Source of the DNA: a virus
Virus record (IMG/VR): IMGVR_UViG_3300009174_000002
Location: 32,001-96,000 of that record
Direction: 5' to 3' (one strand)
DNA: 64,000 nucleotides
The stretch's first letter is position 1. The number at the start of each line of letters is the position of its first letter. Made by a program: the position numbers and the translations under genes. Below the pieces are notes generated by a model. The model searched no databases. It had not been told where the DNA came from and saw only the letters and a list, made by a program, of their open reading frames with translations. This document shows positions 20,523 through 30,157 of the stretch, piece by piece.

Positions 20523-23306
20523 TTATTGCGTAAAGTTTGTACTACCGTTTTGAAGTACAAAGTCCACGATTATGCGTTCAATTGGGTATAAAGGCACTAT
20601 TATAATTCTTCCATACAATGTAGTTGGATCATTCAATTCTGGTCTATCTACAATTTCAACTTTATAGGTATCAATTCCATTTAATTTTTTGATTCTATCA
20701 AAAATAGGAGTGACAGTCTGTATAAATGCAGTTTGTGATAACTGACCATTTAATTGGAATAATAGAGGACGTAAAGTCTGATTCAAAACTTTTTTAGCAT
20801 AACATAATAATAATCTATTATGAACAAAAGAAAGAGCACTTAAATAAGGTTGTGTAGTTCTTTCCTCGGTTATTTCATATCCACTTCCAGGAAATGTAGT
20901 AATAGGATTAATATTGGCTAATTTCAAAGCATCTCTATCACCTATTACTAAACGTCTTCTACTTCTAATTAAATTATTAGTCACAGTTCTAACTGGACCA
21001 GCAGGCGGTTGCCAAACATTTTCAACATTGGCAGTATAAGCAATAGTACCTAAAGCCAATATTGAAGGTGGAAGCCATACATATTGATTATTTATTGTAT
21101 CATTGATTTGTAACCATGGAAAATAAACTGCTGTATCGCTGTTTAATAAATCTCCACTTGAAGTTTGAATATAATTAACAGCAGTAGTTGTGTCAGCCAA
21201 AGGATCATAAGAAAAATCTGGAATATATAGTGCATCTCCCCTTCCTCTAACCATATCCGCAACAACTCCACAAGCTGCGGGATGTGTATCTAAAAAGAAA
21301 TCTGGAGTAACCATTACTGTAAAATCAGCGTCTAAAGATTCTTTATCTGCTAAAATAGCAACTGCTGTTTGTAAAGCTAAATAATCTTTAGAACTTGTGT
21401 TATTCCAATCTCTTGTCTTATATACATTCCAACCATCAAATCCGCCTGAAAAGTCAACTACAAATTTTTGTCTTTGAATTTTTAAAGTGGCTGTTAGAGG
21501 ATTTCCGTTTGCATCGGTATAAATACTTTGATTTGCAAAAGTAAATACTGCGGATTGGTCAGTAGTAAAAGTAGTATTGTTATTAGGATTTAAATGAAAT
21601 CCTAATCCAAATTGAGCAACAGATCTTTTATAAGCTAATTGATCAATTGCTACGGATTTTACCATATTAATAGAATTATTAGCTAATCCTAAATTTTGTT
21701 TTGCTATGGATTTAGTTTTATCATATTCTGTTGCCCAGGTTACATCAGGAAATAAATTCAAAGTAGTATTAGGATAACCTAAACATCCAAAAGGAACAAG
21801 TCCTACTAAATCTTCCGCATCATTTGTTTCAACAAAAACAAATCTACTATTTAAAGGAAAATTATCTCCATCTCCAATTCTTTTCTTAATATAATTATTT
21901 GAAGTTTTATCAAATGTTAAATTAATATACGCTTCAAGAATTATTGGATTTTGATCATCTTGGTCATCCCATCTTCTAACATATAAATCAAATGTTCCTG
22001 CTCCATTATTTGCTCCAGGATTAATATTTCTTATCTCAATTTTAATTTCAGTATTAGCCGATTTTCCATCTGAAATAGACCATAACCTAAATAATTTAGT
22101 ATAATCACCATTTGCGTCTCCATCGCTTACAAACCAAGGAGTGTAAGGGGTTTGAAATCCTAAATTAGAGAAATTTAAAATTTCAGATTCCCAAGTAGGT
22201 AAACTATAATGAGATACCAAAGGACTATTAACCCCACTAAAAGTAGTAGTTCCTGAAATTACTAATGGAGCTCCAGGTGAGCCTCCAGATTGATTTAAAA
22301 TCCTGAAGGTAGTAGAACCTGAACCAAATGAAATATTATCTGCCATCCAAGTTCCATTGACTTGGGCAATATTTCCTGTTCCACTTACATCTGTAATTTT
22401 TATTACAGTATTAGTATTTAACCATCCTGTAATATCTCCAGATGCAGTTATAGTCACATCAGTAAGCGTTGTTACTACGTTTGTAATAGCTGCATTTTGA
22501 AGAGTAATTCCAGTTCCAAATAACATATTTCCTGTTAAAATAGGCAAAGTACTTTGTGGGGTATTACTTCCAGGTGCATAATATGCTAAAGTACTAGTTA
22601 AAGTAGGTTTAAATTGAACAGAGGGAATTACAAAATCAACCCATAGAGTACCAAACTGTCCTTTAATTGTAGTTGGATTTAAAGGATCAGTTCCAAAAGT
22701 GTTTTTAATATATTGACCACTATCTGGACGTAAAGAACAAATTACAAGTTCATTTGTTGAATCTGCATAAAAAATTCTTACACCAAATAGATAATCTGTA
22801 GCTGCGGTAGTAGTTAAATTTGTTGAGGGATCAGTATAGGTTACAGTTTCAACAGAAACCGATGTTACCGCTGGTCTTCCAGTTGTTGTAGTTGGTCTAG
22901 CTTTTAATACTACTGCCAAACATCCATTTCCTACTACCAATGTTGATGTACCAGGAACAGCTGCGGCAGATCCATTCGCATTATATACAATAGCATATCC
23001 TACAGTATCAGTATATCCTTCTAAACCTAAAATTCTAACTTCTTTCCAATTTGTTGCTTGTTCCAAGTATTGTCTTGCATAATAACTAGAAGGAAAATTA
23101 GGATTTAAATCGCCTAGTCTAAAAGCTCTATCTTCAAATGTAGAAGTGCTAGATATTTGAAAGGCAGGACCTTTTTCAGTTAAACCTATCATAGCTCCAC
23201 TAAATCCTCCAACTGCTCTTGTAATTACAGTTAAATCAACTTCTCTAAAATATATTCCAGAACTCGGATTTGGAACCTGACTAACATCCGTTATACGTAC
23301 AGCCAT
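20523..23306 (-). CDS. tail sheath protein (T4 gp18-like)
   Basis: SSGIYFREVDLT, GLTEKGPAF, YFPW, WLPPS, WQPPAG, NINPI, VHNRLL, PIERIIVDF. Confidence 0.93.
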   Translation of the reverse strand: MAVRITDVSQVPNPSSGIYFREVDLTVITRAVGGFSGAMIGLTEKGPAFQISSTSTFEDRAFRLGDLNPNFPSSYYARQYLEQATNWKEVRILGLEGYTDTVGYAIVYNANGSAAAVPGTSTLVVGNGCLAVVLKARPTTTTGRPAVTSVSVETVTYTDPSTNLTTTAATDYLFGVRIFYADSTNELVICSLRPDSGQYIKNTFGTDPLNPTTIKGQFGTLWVDFVIPSVQFKPTLTSTLAYYAPGSNTPQSTLPILTGNMLFGTGITLQNAAITNVVTTLTDVTITASGDITGWLNTNTVIKITDVSGTGNIAQVNGTWMADNISFGSGSTTFRILNQSGGSPGAPLVISGTTTFSGVNSPLVSHYSLPTWESEILNFSNLGFQTPYTPWFVSDGDANGDYTKLFRLWSISDGKSANTEIKIEIRNINPGANNGAGTFDLYVRRWDDQDDQNPIILEAYINLTFDKTSNNYIKKRIGDGDNFPLNSRFVFVETNDAEDLVGLVPFGCLGYPNTTLNLFPDVTWATEYDKTKSIAKQNLGLANNSINMVKSVAIDQLAYKRSVAQFGLGFHLNPNNNTTFTTDQSAVFTFANQSIYTDANGNPLTATLKIQRQKFVVDFSGGFDGWNVYKTRDWNNTSSKDYLALQTAVAILADKESLDADFTVMVTPDFFLDTHPAACGVVADMVRGRGDALYIPDFSYDPLADTTTAVNYIQTSSGDLLNSDTAVYFPWLQINDTINNQYVWLPPSILALGTIAYTANVENVWQPPAGPVRTVTNNLIRSRRRLVIGDRDALKLANINPITTFPGSGYEITEERTTQPYLSALSFVHNRLLLCYAKKVLNQTLRPLLFQLNGQLSQTAFIQTVTPIFDRIKKLNGIDTYKVEIVDRPELNDPTTLYGRIIIVPLYPIERIIVDFVLQNGSTNFTQ

Positions 23307-23401
23307 TATTTATCTAATATTTAAAGTTTTATAAAATCTCAAATGATTTTTTCTTTAAATATTGAAGAGAAATAAAATAACTTAACTGTAGTTATAAAAT
23401 A

Positions 23402-23656
23402 CTAAGCTATTTTCTGTACTTCATAGAAGGGTTTGATAGAACTATGTAAAAAACTACCTACTGATGGAGCTTCTAAAAATTCTTGATATACATTTAGAGG
23501 TACACCACTATATTCATACATACCACCATTCTTAAAAGTAATAGTAAGAACTTCGGTTTCATCGTCATATTCTGCATTAATTATATTAGAAGAAACTACT
23601 GGATTATTATGTATTTCTTCATTTAATATTTTTTTTATAGTTTCGTTTAGATTCAT
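23402..23656 (-). CDS. KTSC domain protein with capsid-type leader
   Basis: VVSSNIINAEYD..LTITFKNGGMYEYSGVP..FLEAPSVGSF; leader MNLNETIKKILNEE. Confidence 0.85.
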   Translation of the reverse strand: MNLNETIKKILNEEIHNNPVVSSNIINAEYDDETEVLTITFKNGGMYEYSGVPLNVYQEFLEAPSVGSFLHSSIKPFYEVQKIA

Positions 23657-23661
23657 TTATT

Positions 23662-24180
23662 TTATTTTAATTCCAAATATTGTATAAGGTTTGATTCAGG
23701 ATCTTGTACCCATTCGGCAATTCCTTCAATTATTTCTTCTATGGTCCCCCACTCTTCCATATCAACATATGGAGTATAATTAATGAAAGATTCAGGATCA
23801 TCTTCTCTATCAGCTCTATCATCTTCAGTTATAGGAGTTTCCCAAAAATAATTGCCCTTTATTGTAAATGAACATACAAATGCACTATTTCCATTATTTG
23901 GTTTTTTACCTAATAAATCTCTATTTCCAAATTCAAAAGTAGCTTTTAAATCATGTTTTAGAGGAATTATTATTTTTTTTATCATATATGGTTTATCCCC
24001 CATTTCGATATCAGTATCAATCATAAACTTATATATTTTTTGTAATACAGGATTTTGTAAAATCTTTTTAAGTTGAATATTTTTATCCTCAATCCTTTTT
24101 TTTATTTTTCGAGGTTTGAACAAATTTTCATCTTTGTTAGATTTTTTTAACATAAATAATATTTTTTTACTTAAATTCAT
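23662..24180 (-). CDS. FKPRR-tag family protein
   Basis: MNLSKKILFMLKKSNKDENLFKPRKIKKR. Confidence 0.7.
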   Translation of the reverse strand: MNLSKKILFMLKKSNKDENLFKPRKIKKRIEDKNIQLKKILQNPVLQKIYKFMIDTDIEMGDKPYMIKKIIIPLKHDLKATFEFGNRDLLGKKPNNGNSAFVCSFTIKGNYFWETPITEDDRADREDDPESFINYTPYVDMEEWGTIEEIIEGIAEWVQDPESNLIQYLELK

Positions 24181-24286
24181 CTATTTGTTTTTATCTTATT
24201 ACCTAATTTAAATATTATTTTTTATTTGAAAAAGAAATATTATTTTTATAATATATAAACGAAATCTAAGAATAAATCAATTTACA

Positions 24287-24313
24287 AAAGGAATGTTTCT
24301 ACATTCCTTTTTT
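24287..24313. terminator. hairpin/terminator between divergent units
   Basis: AAAGGAATGT-TTCT-ACATTCCTTT followed by a T-run. Confidence 0.55.
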
Positions 24314-24329
24314 TATCTTTGTACTTAAA

Positions 24330-24354
24330 GTTTACTTAAGGATAATTAATTTCA
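24330..24354 (+). promoter_or_regulatory. putative early/middle promoter GTTTACT-N10-TAnnTTYA
   Basis: Motif recurs at 24742, 41982 and 42564, always just upstream of + strand starts. Confidence 0.6.
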
Positions 24355-24371
24355 TTCATAAATTAAAATTT

Positions 24372-24725
24372 ATGAAATATAAGTCTTTTGATTGCCATTT
24401 TGCTGCTTTTTCCACTGAAGAAAATACTCCAATACATAAAATTTCAGTTCCAGAAAATAAATTAACAGGCGAAATAGATAAGGATTTAGAGGTAATTTTT
24501 ACCTATGGGCAAAATGATTTTAAACCCATTTCGGAAAGAAAAAAGGTGAGAAGTTTATCTAGTGGAGATATAATTGATTATCAAGGAGTTCTATACTTTA
24601 TAGATGATTTTGGCTTTGTAAAAGAAGGCGAACAAGTGGAAAAAGGAATGTCTGTTTTATTCCTAAAGGACTCAAAATCAAAGGTTTTACATGAAAAATT
24701 TCCATCTATTTTTAATACAAAATAG
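24372..24725 (+). CDS. hypothetical protein, YodL-like motif
   Basis: RSLSSGDII..YFIDDFGF. Confidence 0.55.
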   Translation: MKYKSFDCHFAAFSTEENTPIHKISVPENKLTGEIDKDLEVIFTYGQNDFKPISERKKVRSLSSGDIIDYQGVLYFIDDFGFVKEGEQVEKGMSVLFLKDSKSKVLHEKFPSIFNTK

Positions 24726-24741
24726 CCTTAAAAGTAAATAA

Positions 24742-24766
24742 GTTTACTTAAGGCTATATATCTTTA
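24742..24766 (+). promoter_or_regulatory. putative early/middle promoter
   Basis: GTTTACTTAAGGCTATATATCTTTA, identical to 41982..42006. Confidence 0.7.
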
Positions 24767-24786
24767 TGGTATAAAAATAAACAAAA

Positions 24787-25038
24787 ATGGCAACTTTAAA
24801 TCTTAAATTGGTAGATATAAAAAATAAAACTTCAGAAAAATCTTGGAAAAAAGCCATTGATCTTAAAAAACAATATGTAGTTATATCTACTGGACTCGAT
24901 GATGAAGAAGAACCATTTACTCAATTACTTACAGGTAAGGAGGTTTTATTAGAATACTGGCCACCAAATGCCGATCCTATAGAGGATGAAGAAGAGTTGG
25001 GTTGGTTTGAAATTTATGAAGTAGTTATTGAAAATTAA
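24787..25038 (+). CDS. hypothetical protein
   Basis: ORF in + strand island. Confidence 0.65.
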   Translation: MATLNLKLVDIKNKTSEKSWKKAIDLKKQYVVISTGLDDEEEPFTQLLTGKEVLLEYWPPNADPIEDEEELGWFEIYEVVIEN

Positions 25039-25043
25039 AAAAT

Positions 25044-25562
25044 ATGCAACTCGAATTAAAAAAAATAAAAATTTCAAAAGGTTTAAGCCATGAAACAATT
25101 GCATTCACAGGTGAATTGTGGGTAAATGGTGAAAAGGCAGCACTAGTAGAGAATAGTGGTACAGGCGGTCCCAATAGGGTATATCCTTTTCCTTCCAGTG
25201 ATGAAAATAAATTTAAACTGGTAAAAGAGGCAGATGAATATTGCAAAACACTTCCTCCTGTACCTTCAGGTGAAGATGATGATAATTTGCCTATGGATTT
25301 GGAATTTTGGATAAGTCTGGAAGTGGGGAAAATTGAACAACTAAAGGCAGTTGAAAAACATAGTAAAAAAGGCATTGTAATAGGCAACCCTAACAATCTT
25401 ATTCAATATAGGATTCTTAAATTACCTGGTAAAATAGAAGAAATTCTTCGACAACCAAATGGAATGGGATATCTTGAAAAGGCTATTGTTATGGCTAGAG
25501 AAAAATTAAAACCTGGAGAAGAAATTCTCAATAAAAATATTCCTGAAGGTTTATTAAAATAA
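25044..25562 (+). CDS. hypothetical protein
   Basis: ELKKIK..LSHETIAFTGELWVNG..VENSGTGGP. Confidence 0.7.
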   Translation: MQLELKKIKISKGLSHETIAFTGELWVNGEKAALVENSGTGGPNRVYPFPSSDENKFKLVKEADEYCKTLPPVPSGEDDDNLPMDLEFWISLEVGKIEQLKAVEKHSKKGIVIGNPNNLIQYRILKLPGKIEEILRQPNGMGYLEKAIVMAREKLKPGEEILNKNIPEGLLK

Positions 25563-25570
25563 AAAAAAGT

Positions 25571-25825
25571 ATGTCAAACCCTAATACATTTGGCGTAGAA
25601 TGGAAAGAAATACATGAACGCCAATCAAAAGTAAATATAGATGGAGAATTACTCTTAGTAAAGCATAATGTCTTAACTAATACATATTCTGCAATTTATA
25701 TTTGTGGTGAAGATGAGGAAGTAGTAAATTATGAATTTGAAGATTTGAGCGAAATTGATTTACAAGAAATTATAAAAAAAGGATTGGGTTACTTTAAACT
25801 ACACGCCAATAGGTGGGTTTGTTAA
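25571..25825 (+). CDS. hypothetical protein
   Basis: Tightly packed ORF in + island. Confidence 0.6.
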   Translation: MSNPNTFGVEWKEIHERQSKVNIDGELLLVKHNVLTNTYSAIYICGEDEEVVNYEFEDLSEIDLQEIIKKGLGYFKLHANRWVC

Positions 25826-25850
25826 AAATTTATCTAAAAAGAAATTTAAA

Positions 25851-26456
25851 ATGAAAAATTCAGAGAATCCACAAATATTATCCAATCTAAATAAAGGTTT
25901 GTGGGATATTATGATTGCCGATGAAAGAATACTCAATCATTTATCTTATGAACAAATGAAAGAACTGGTAGATTTATATCAAAATTCTATTCCAGAAAAA
26001 GTAAAAACTGAAATAGATAAAATGGAATTGGAATTATTATTGCCAGCGGAAGTGACAGTGAAGGTAACTACTAAAAAGAAAGGTAAAGTATTAATTACAG
26101 ATTTTTATCACAAAGATTTAAAAGATAAAATATTGCCTATTCATAGCGAATTACATGAGTATATTCATTATAAGCAATTAATATCTTTTAGGCTTTATCA
26201 AAATGAAAATATTCTCAGATATTGGGATAATGGAGTTCCTAAGAAAATTTGTTGTGAAGCGATGAGAGGACAATTTACTTTTTGTTCTGAACATGGTTTA
26301 AATTGCCCAGATTATTTTATAAGATGCAGACCTACTGGAGAATTTCAAATAAATGCCGATAATCGTACCTATGCTATATCTAATTGTCCATTCTGTGGAA
26401 AATCTGTTAATCAAGAAAAAGAACAAAGACAAGGTTTTGTAATTAATTTAATTTAA
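25851..26456 (+). CDS. hypothetical protein with C-terminal zinc-binding motif
   Basis: ICCEAM..CSEH..CPD..ISNCPFCG. Confidence 0.65.
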   Translation: MKNSENPQILSNLNKGLWDIMIADERILNHLSYEQMKELVDLYQNSIPEKVKTEIDKMELELLLPAEVTVKVTTKKKGKVLITDFYHKDLKDKILPIHSELHEYIHYKQLISFRLYQNENILRYWDNGVPKKICCEAMRGQFTFCSEHGLNCPDYFIRCRPTGEFQINADNRTYAISNCPFCGKSVNQEKEQRQGFVINLI

Positions 26457-26468
26457 ATAAATAAGTTT

Positions 26469-26903
26469 ATGCGCACTATAAAATGTATACCTATTTCACT
26501 TCCTTCTATTGATAATTCAAACGAATTTGACATACATTTGATAGCAATTGATGATATTTGGAAAGGAAAATGGGCCTATGATACACAAGAAAAAATATTA
26601 TTTCAAGCAATTGGGAATTTTAAAGCTAATCCTACTGGTACTTATAGAAAAGTAATTGCTAGTACAAACCCTAAGTTAGAAAAAGTATTTACTATTTCTG
26701 TAGAAAATATAGAAAAACTTCAAAAAGAATTAGGAAAAGAAATTGAAGTTGAGATTAAAGTTAGTAGTCCTTGTACTTGTGATACCGCTGAAAAATTATT
26801 TAAATGTCCATTTGCCTGCTCTGGAAATGATGGAGATATAGAATGTAATAGAAGATGGCCAGGAGGAGATTTTTGGAAAAAAGAAATTTTGATTAAAGCT
26901 TAA
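26469..26903 (+). CDS. hypothetical protein
   Basis: RKVIASTNPKL; Cys-rich C-terminus. Confidence 0.65.
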   Translation: MRTIKCIPISLPSIDNSNEFDIHLIAIDDIWKGKWAYDTQEKILFQAIGNFKANPTGTYRKVIASTNPKLEKVFTISVENIEKLQKELGKEIEVEIKVSSPCTCDTAEKLFKCPFACSGNDGDIECNRRWPGGDFWKKEILIKA

Positions 26904-26913
26904 ATTTAAAAAT

Positions 26914-27108
26914 ATGAAACTTCTAACCAAATTTAAAGAACAAGAAGTAGAACTAAATACACATATTGTAAATTGGAATAAGGAAAGTATAAATATACCT
27001 TTCAAATTCAAACGTTATCTTAGTTTGAATGTAAATATTGAAGAGGCAAAGGAATTGCGAGATCTTTTAACAAAATATTTAGCAAACTATGAAGAAAAAA
27101 ACTATTGA
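26914..27108 (+). CDS. hypothetical protein
   Basis: Tightly packed ORF. Confidence 0.55.
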   Translation: MKLLTKFKEQEVELNTHIVNWNKESINIPFKFKRYLSLNVNIEEAKELRDLLTKYLANYEEKNY

Positions 27109-27126
27109 TCCTTAAAATAAAAAAAC

Positions 27127-27699
27127 ATGCAAGGTACTATAATTTTAACTTCTATTGATCCAACTACAGTAAAAAAAGGGCAAGTTGTTATTTATCGTGT
27201 TGGTGGTATAAGAACTAAAGGAATAATTGAACAAGTAATTGATGAGAACCATGTTCACCTTTATGGTTTTAAATCTGGAAATAACCATGAAATACAAAGA
27301 GAATTGCAAACTCTAGCAATTCAATATAAAAAATATACAGTTCCTAATTCTACTGAAAGTTTAAGATTAGAGGAAGGTGAAAGTTATTTAGAAACCGTAC
27401 CCTTGATGTATGTCCAATGGGAAGAAATTCTTAAACGTGATTTAATTAATCGCAATATAGAATTTAAATTCAAATATCGAGTAAATAACGAATGGAAAGA
27501 AGTTTTACTTCCTAGCGAATGGTCAGAAGAAAATAAAAAAGTAGGTATTGTTATTTTTGAAAAAGGAACTAAAATAATATATACTGAGAATGAGGCACAA
27601 AAATTAGTTTTATCCGCCTGGCATGACGGATGGAATTCTTGCAATGAAAAAAGAGGAGATATGCCTGATAAGTTTTGGCTAGAAAATAAAAAAGTTTAA
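27127..27699 (+). CDS. hypothetical protein
   Basis: Tightly packed ORF. Confidence 0.65.
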   Translation: MQGTIILTSIDPTTVKKGQVVIYRVGGIRTKGIIEQVIDENHVHLYGFKSGNNHEIQRELQTLAIQYKKYTVPNSTESLRLEEGESYLETVPLMYVQWEEILKRDLINRNIEFKFKYRVNNEWKEVLLPSEWSEENKKVGIVIFEKGTKIIYTENEAQKLVLSAWHDGWNSCNEKRGDMPDKFWLENKKV

Positions 27700-27720
27700 T
27701 TAATAAAAACTATTAAATAT

Positions 27721-27969
27721 ATGAATGGTATTACCTTTAGAGACAAAAGTTTAGTGTTAAAAAAAATTGCTGAATTTAAGAAAAATACTTTTTTTGATTT
27801 ATATAATCAATTAACCTCTGAACAACAAAGATTTTTTAGAATGATGTATTCTCACAAAAATCCTGAACTTTCTATTGAAGAAATTTACGATAAAATACCT
27901 CTGGAAAAAATAGACTGGGCTATTTATCAATGCGAAAATACAATAATTAAAAACAATAAACAACAATAA
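27721..27969 (+). CDS. hypothetical protein
   Basis: Tightly packed ORF. Confidence 0.65.
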   Translation: MNGITFRDKSLVLKKIAEFKKNTFFDLYNQLTSEQQRFFRMMYSHKNPELSIEEIYDKIPLEKIDWAIYQCENTIIKNNKQQ

Positions 27970-27971
27970 AA

Positions 27972-28142
27972 ATGAAAATTAAAACAATTCTAGGCATTCT
28001 ATTATTAATTGCCTTTCTTTTTAGCTGTAGGAAAGAATTATCAGTAACCAAACCTACTCCAAGGCCCAAGGCTCCACCTTCTGATCAATTACCGTGGCAA
28101 GTATTAACAGGACATGCCACTACAATTATAGGCAATCCTTAA
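27972..28142 (+). CDS. small Pro-rich lipoprotein (56 aa)
   Basis: Not in ORF track: MKIKTILGILLLIAFLFS|CRKELSVTKPTPRPKAPP..., with a lipobox Cys19. Confidence 0.7.
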   Translation: MKIKTILGILLLIAFLFSCRKELSVTKPTPRPKAPPSDQLPWQVLTGHATTIIGNP

Positions 28143-28170
28143 TTCCTTTTAAAAAAATTAATCCCTATTG

Positions 28171-28210
28171 AAAACATAAAAAAAGGCTTAGTAATTAAAC
28201 TAAGCCTTTT
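28171..28210. terminator. bidirectional intrinsic terminator after major capsid gene
   Basis: AAAAGGCTTAGT/ACTAAGCCTTTT between convergent genes; TTTTTTTATGTTTT tail on minus strand. Confidence 0.85.
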
Positions 28211-28235
28211 GTTTTTTTATTTAAACTCATATTGG

Positions 28236-29969
28236 TTATGAGTTATTTACAAGAGCGGGTTGGTAAACTTGGAAAGTTTCAATTCCCTTCATAATAACTA
28301 GGCAATAGAACCTGTTATTCAACATCTTAGTTCCAAAACGGCTAGAAATCATCTTTCTAGGATTGAAGTCTTGGTCTTCAATAACTGTTGGTGATAAGAT
28401 ATATTCAATGTAAGGACAATAAACATATCCAGTATCAAAGAAAGAACTTCCCTTTCTACCTACAAGGCAAATTTCAGAAGGGATAAAAGGATCCACATAA
28501 ACCTGATACTTACTTTGAAGTGTACCAATTTTTTCAACACCTAAAGTAAACTTGGTTCCCATTTCGTCACCATCATAAGCCTTAAATGTATCAAGGTTAA
28601 CTAACTTAGCTGCACCTTCTGCAGAAATCAATACCCAGTTAGCACCACCTTGACGTGTTGATTTTTGAATTTTAGCATTAGCTCTATTGATAGCCAAAAC
28701 TAAACCTTGGTTATAGTCGGCTTCAATACCTCTAAATACTGTGTTTGCTGGATTAGGATCTACTGAATTATAAAAATCAGCGTTCCAAAGTTCAATATGA
28801 CCAGCGAAAGTGATTAACTCTCTAATGATCAATCTATCTTTTTCACCAGCTATTTGTTCAGCTAACAACTGTGATAATTCAGCTTCAGCATCAATAGCAT
28901 AATATGCCATCAAGTCCTGAGCTAATTCAACAGTCCAAGCTGTTTTCATTTTGTGAATCTGAGTTGTAATAGGAATTGATTTAACTTCCATTTTCAATTC
29001 AGAACTAAATGCGGGATTCAACTCTAGGTTTAAATATTGACGGAAACCTAAACGTAAGCTAATAGTTGCGATACCAGATTTCAAAGGAGAAATTCTGAAT
29101 CTCAATTTGTTATTAACTGCTCCAGGACCACCTGCACGACCAACAGTTGAAGTTGTATTGTTAGGGGCTAAAGCGTTAGCATTTCTATCAGATGACATAA
29201 CATCATCACCATAGTTCATTTGTACTCTTTGGAAGAAGAAATCTACTCCATATACTTTAGCACCAGTAGATTCATAAAGCATAACCGAAGCTGCTTCATC
29301 CATTGTAATTCCACCAATTGAAGAAAGGTCAAATTCAACTACTGCAAATTGAGGATTACCACTACCATCAGTTAATGTAGCTGTTGCTGTTAAAGCTGCT
29401 GCATTGGCTGTATCGTTTTGTCCACCAATTGAAGTATTGTTAAAAGAACCTGCGGTAGCATTCCAACCTCTGGCAATAACCTTACCCTTTGAAATGTCAT
29501 AATTGGCATTATCATAGAATTGGTCATAACCTGTTAAACTTTGGAAAGTATTTCCTGACATATCATCAGCCTGACCACCTGAAAGGTTGTTGGCTAAATA
29601 ATCACTACCAATAGGTTTCTTAGTAGTTGAGACATGGTAATCAAGATAGAAAGCTAAACCGAAAGGATATGACAAAGGTTGTACTGATACTAAATTAGGA
29701 GTAACCATCATCGCATTTTGTCTACGAATCATAGGTATCGCAATTGTATCAAATACTGCCATATCAGCTGTAGAGTTATTTTCTTTCAAAATTTGTCTTT
29801 TTTGATTCTCCATCAAAACAGCCATATTTGCCATATCTCTACCTTTCAATTTATATAGATAGCCAGTGCCTTTCCATGCTTCTACAAGCACCTGGCGCTT
29901 CGCTCTCTCATCATGTTCCATCAATCTTCCTAGATTTTTTTCTTCTAGGTTTTCCTTAATGAATTTCAT
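28236..29969 (-). CDS. major capsid protein (T4 gp23-like)
   Basis: IPMIRR..VSVQPL..GLAFYLD; WTVELAQDL..IDAEAEL; VYVDPF; GYVYCPY; DFNPRKMISSRFG. Confidence 0.95.
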   Translation of the reverse strand: MKFIKENLEEKNLGRLMEHDERAKRQVLVEAWKGTGYLYKLKGRDMANMAVLMENQKRQILKENNSTADMAVFDTIAIPMIRRQNAMMVTPNLVSVQPLSYPFGLAFYLDYHVSTTKKPIGSDYLANNLSGGQADDMSGNTFQSLTGYDQFYDNANYDISKGKVIARGWNATAGSFNNTSIGGQNDTANAAALTATATLTDGSGNPQFAVVEFDLSSIGGITMDEAASVMLYESTGAKVYGVDFFFQRVQMNYGDDVMSSDRNANALAPNNTTSTVGRAGGPGAVNNKLRFRISPLKSGIATISLRLGFRQYLNLELNPAFSSELKMEVKSIPITTQIHKMKTAWTVELAQDLMAYYAIDAEAELSQLLAEQIAGEKDRLIIRELITFAGHIELWNADFYNSVDPNPANTVFRGIEADYNQGLVLAINRANAKIQKSTRQGGANWVLISAEGAAKLVNLDTFKAYDGDEMGTKFTLGVEKIGTLQSKYQVYVDPFIPSEICLVGRKGSSFFDTGYVYCPYIEYILSPTVIEDQDFNPRKMISSRFGTKMLNNRFYCLVIMKGIETFQVYQPALVNNS

Positions 29970-30109
29970 TTATTCTTTTTGTTTTTGTTAATCAATGTGT
30001 GTTAAATTTTAAATCTTTAATACTTTTTTTATATATTGTAGTTTTTTCAAAAGTTTAAAAAATTAAATTGATTTAGTAGTTTTTTGAATCATTGTTAGTA
30101 ATAACAGCA

Positions 30110-30145
30110 AAATAGGGAGTAGTTGATTAAACTATACTCCCTATT
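30110..30145. terminator. hairpin between scaffold and capsid genes
   Basis: AATAGGGAGTA...TACTCCCTATT inverted repeat. Confidence 0.5.
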
Positions 30146-30157
30146 TCTAATTAAATT

